From NCBI RefSeq assembly GCF_006345805.1, contig NW_021828380.1, positions 1 to 8,369 on the forward strand: DNA of 8,369 bases, read 5' to 3'. The translations under genes were made by a program, and so were the position numbers. Positions 7,797-8,369 of the stretch are shown here, one piece after another; the first letter of the stretch is position 1; the number at the start of each line of letters is the position of its first letter. The DNA comes from Octopus sinensis (taxonomy: Eukaryota). Below the pieces are notes generated by a model. It searched no databases and had not been told where the DNA came from. It was given only the letters and a program-made list of their open reading frames with translations.

Positions 7797-7835
7797 GGCG
7801 GTGCCCCAGCATGGCCACAGCTCATTAGCTGAAAC
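7797..7835 (+). other. LINE 3' terminal region shared with the SINEs, with stem-loop CAGCT-CATT-AGCTG (7818-7831)
   Basis: Gapless 31/39 identity to SINE 95-133 and a perfect 5-bp stem with a 4-nt loop. Confidence 0.85.
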
Positions 7836-7844
7836 TGGAAAAAT

Positions 7845-7874
7845 AATCAAAATCAAAATCAAAATCAAAATCAA
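7845..7874 (+). repeat. (AATCAA)5 LINE 3' tail
   Basis: Five perfect hexamers 13 nt after the stem-loop. Short tandem-repeat tails are typical of CR1/L2-type LINEs. Confidence 0.9.
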
Positions 7875-7879
7875 TATAT

Positions 7880-7911
<32 letters not shown>
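7875..7911. repeat. (TA)n microsatellite abutting the LINE tail
   Basis: TA run with one phase shift. Confidence 0.9.
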
Positions 7912-7912
<1 letters not shown>

Positions 7913-8096
7913 TATATAAAAGGCTTAGTAAAATAATTACTTTGCCGCATACTGAACTCATTAGAAATAGTAGCTAAAAAAACTTTTTTAAAAACTATTT
8001 CTAATACTTAAAGAAAACCTCTCTCATATAGTGTTTGCTCCTCAATTCAACTCACGAAAGTATGGGGGAAAGACATTAAAAAATCAAATGCAAAGG
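7911..8096 (+). repeat. Third, more diverged copy of the palindrome-arm sequence (same orientation as 2471-2643)
   Basis: ggcttagtaaaata-attactttgccgcatactgaactc...aagaaaacctctctcatatagtg...gacattaaaa-atcaaatgcaa(a)gg matches 2487-2643 with scattered substitutions and two small insertions. Confidence 0.92.
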
Positions 8097-8369
8097 TTAT
8101 TGAGAACGTACGTTTTCAAGATTAGTCAACCGACATTTCTATCATCAGCTCAGAACTCCTTGGTTTGGATTTGAAAACACTGAAAGTGGGAGCATACCTT
8201 TCGTCTTCTTATCGCGTTCAGAAGATCTGCTCGAAACTAACAGTGCCAGCAAACTCAACTATGCAAGCGAAGAATTTCTGCTCTCCCCTTTCCACGCTGC
8301 GTGGTTAAAATCAGTAAACACTATGCTTTTTTCGGTAAAATCCGGGCATTAAATAGAGAGAGATGAATT

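Larger units (their letters stand above)
4843..7832 (+). pseudogene. LINE ORF2 (apurinic-like endonuclease + reverse transcriptase), broken by many 1-nt frameshifts as given
   Basis: Motifs are recoverable in order across frames: MLLLNIRGL, ETHL, GGVAMYI, YRPP, MGDLNLP, NTLDLCFTN, SDHN, GPDG, NYRPISLTS, QHGFR, YLDFA-KAFDKVDH, GVPQG, YADD, RDLG, DYCSQLWSP and RAAASNSL. The end is 7776 as read, or 7832 if one more frameshift is repaired. Confidence 0.93.
3429..7874 (+). mobile_element. Apparently full-length APE-type non-LTR retrotransposon (LINE), CR1/L2-group-like; exact clade unresolved
   Basis: Organisation is 5' UTR, ORF1, ORF2 (APE + RT), 3' stem-loop and tandem-repeat tail. CR1-like motifs include IKSNPRAFYRY, IGPL, LNEQFKSVFT, SGVPQGTVLGPLLF and YWERLKRL-LYSLERRR. 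The 5' boundary is inferred, could extend to ~3037, and no TSD was found. Confidence 0.92.

Overview
Eukaryotic, AT-rich, repeat-dense DNA. The SINE family resembles octopus/cephalopod SINEs as I recall them; this host assignment is an inference. Bases 1-1530 hold a head-to-tail cluster of four + strand pieces of a tRNA-derived SINE. Bases 1930-3040 hold microsatellites and a ~340-bp near-perfect palindrome. From ~3430 to 7874 lies an apparently full-length APE-type non-LTR retrotransposon (LINE, CR1/L2-group-like motifs). It has a putative internal promoter, a modular repeat array in the 5' UTR, ORF1, ORF2 (endonuclease + reverse transcriptase) and an (AATCAA)5 tail. Main points: (1) reconstructed ORF1 joins an N-terminal Myb/SANT-like (trihelix-type) domain to a CCCH zinc finger, an atypical ORF1 architecture; (2) the LINE and SINE 3' ends share 39 nt and a stem-loop with compensatory base-pair changes, suggesting a SINE/LINE partnership; (3) the many LINE frameshifts are mostly 1-nt deletions, many in homopolymer runs, with catalytic motifs intact, so the element may be young and intact and the lesions may be sequencing errors. 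No host gene can be firmly supported.
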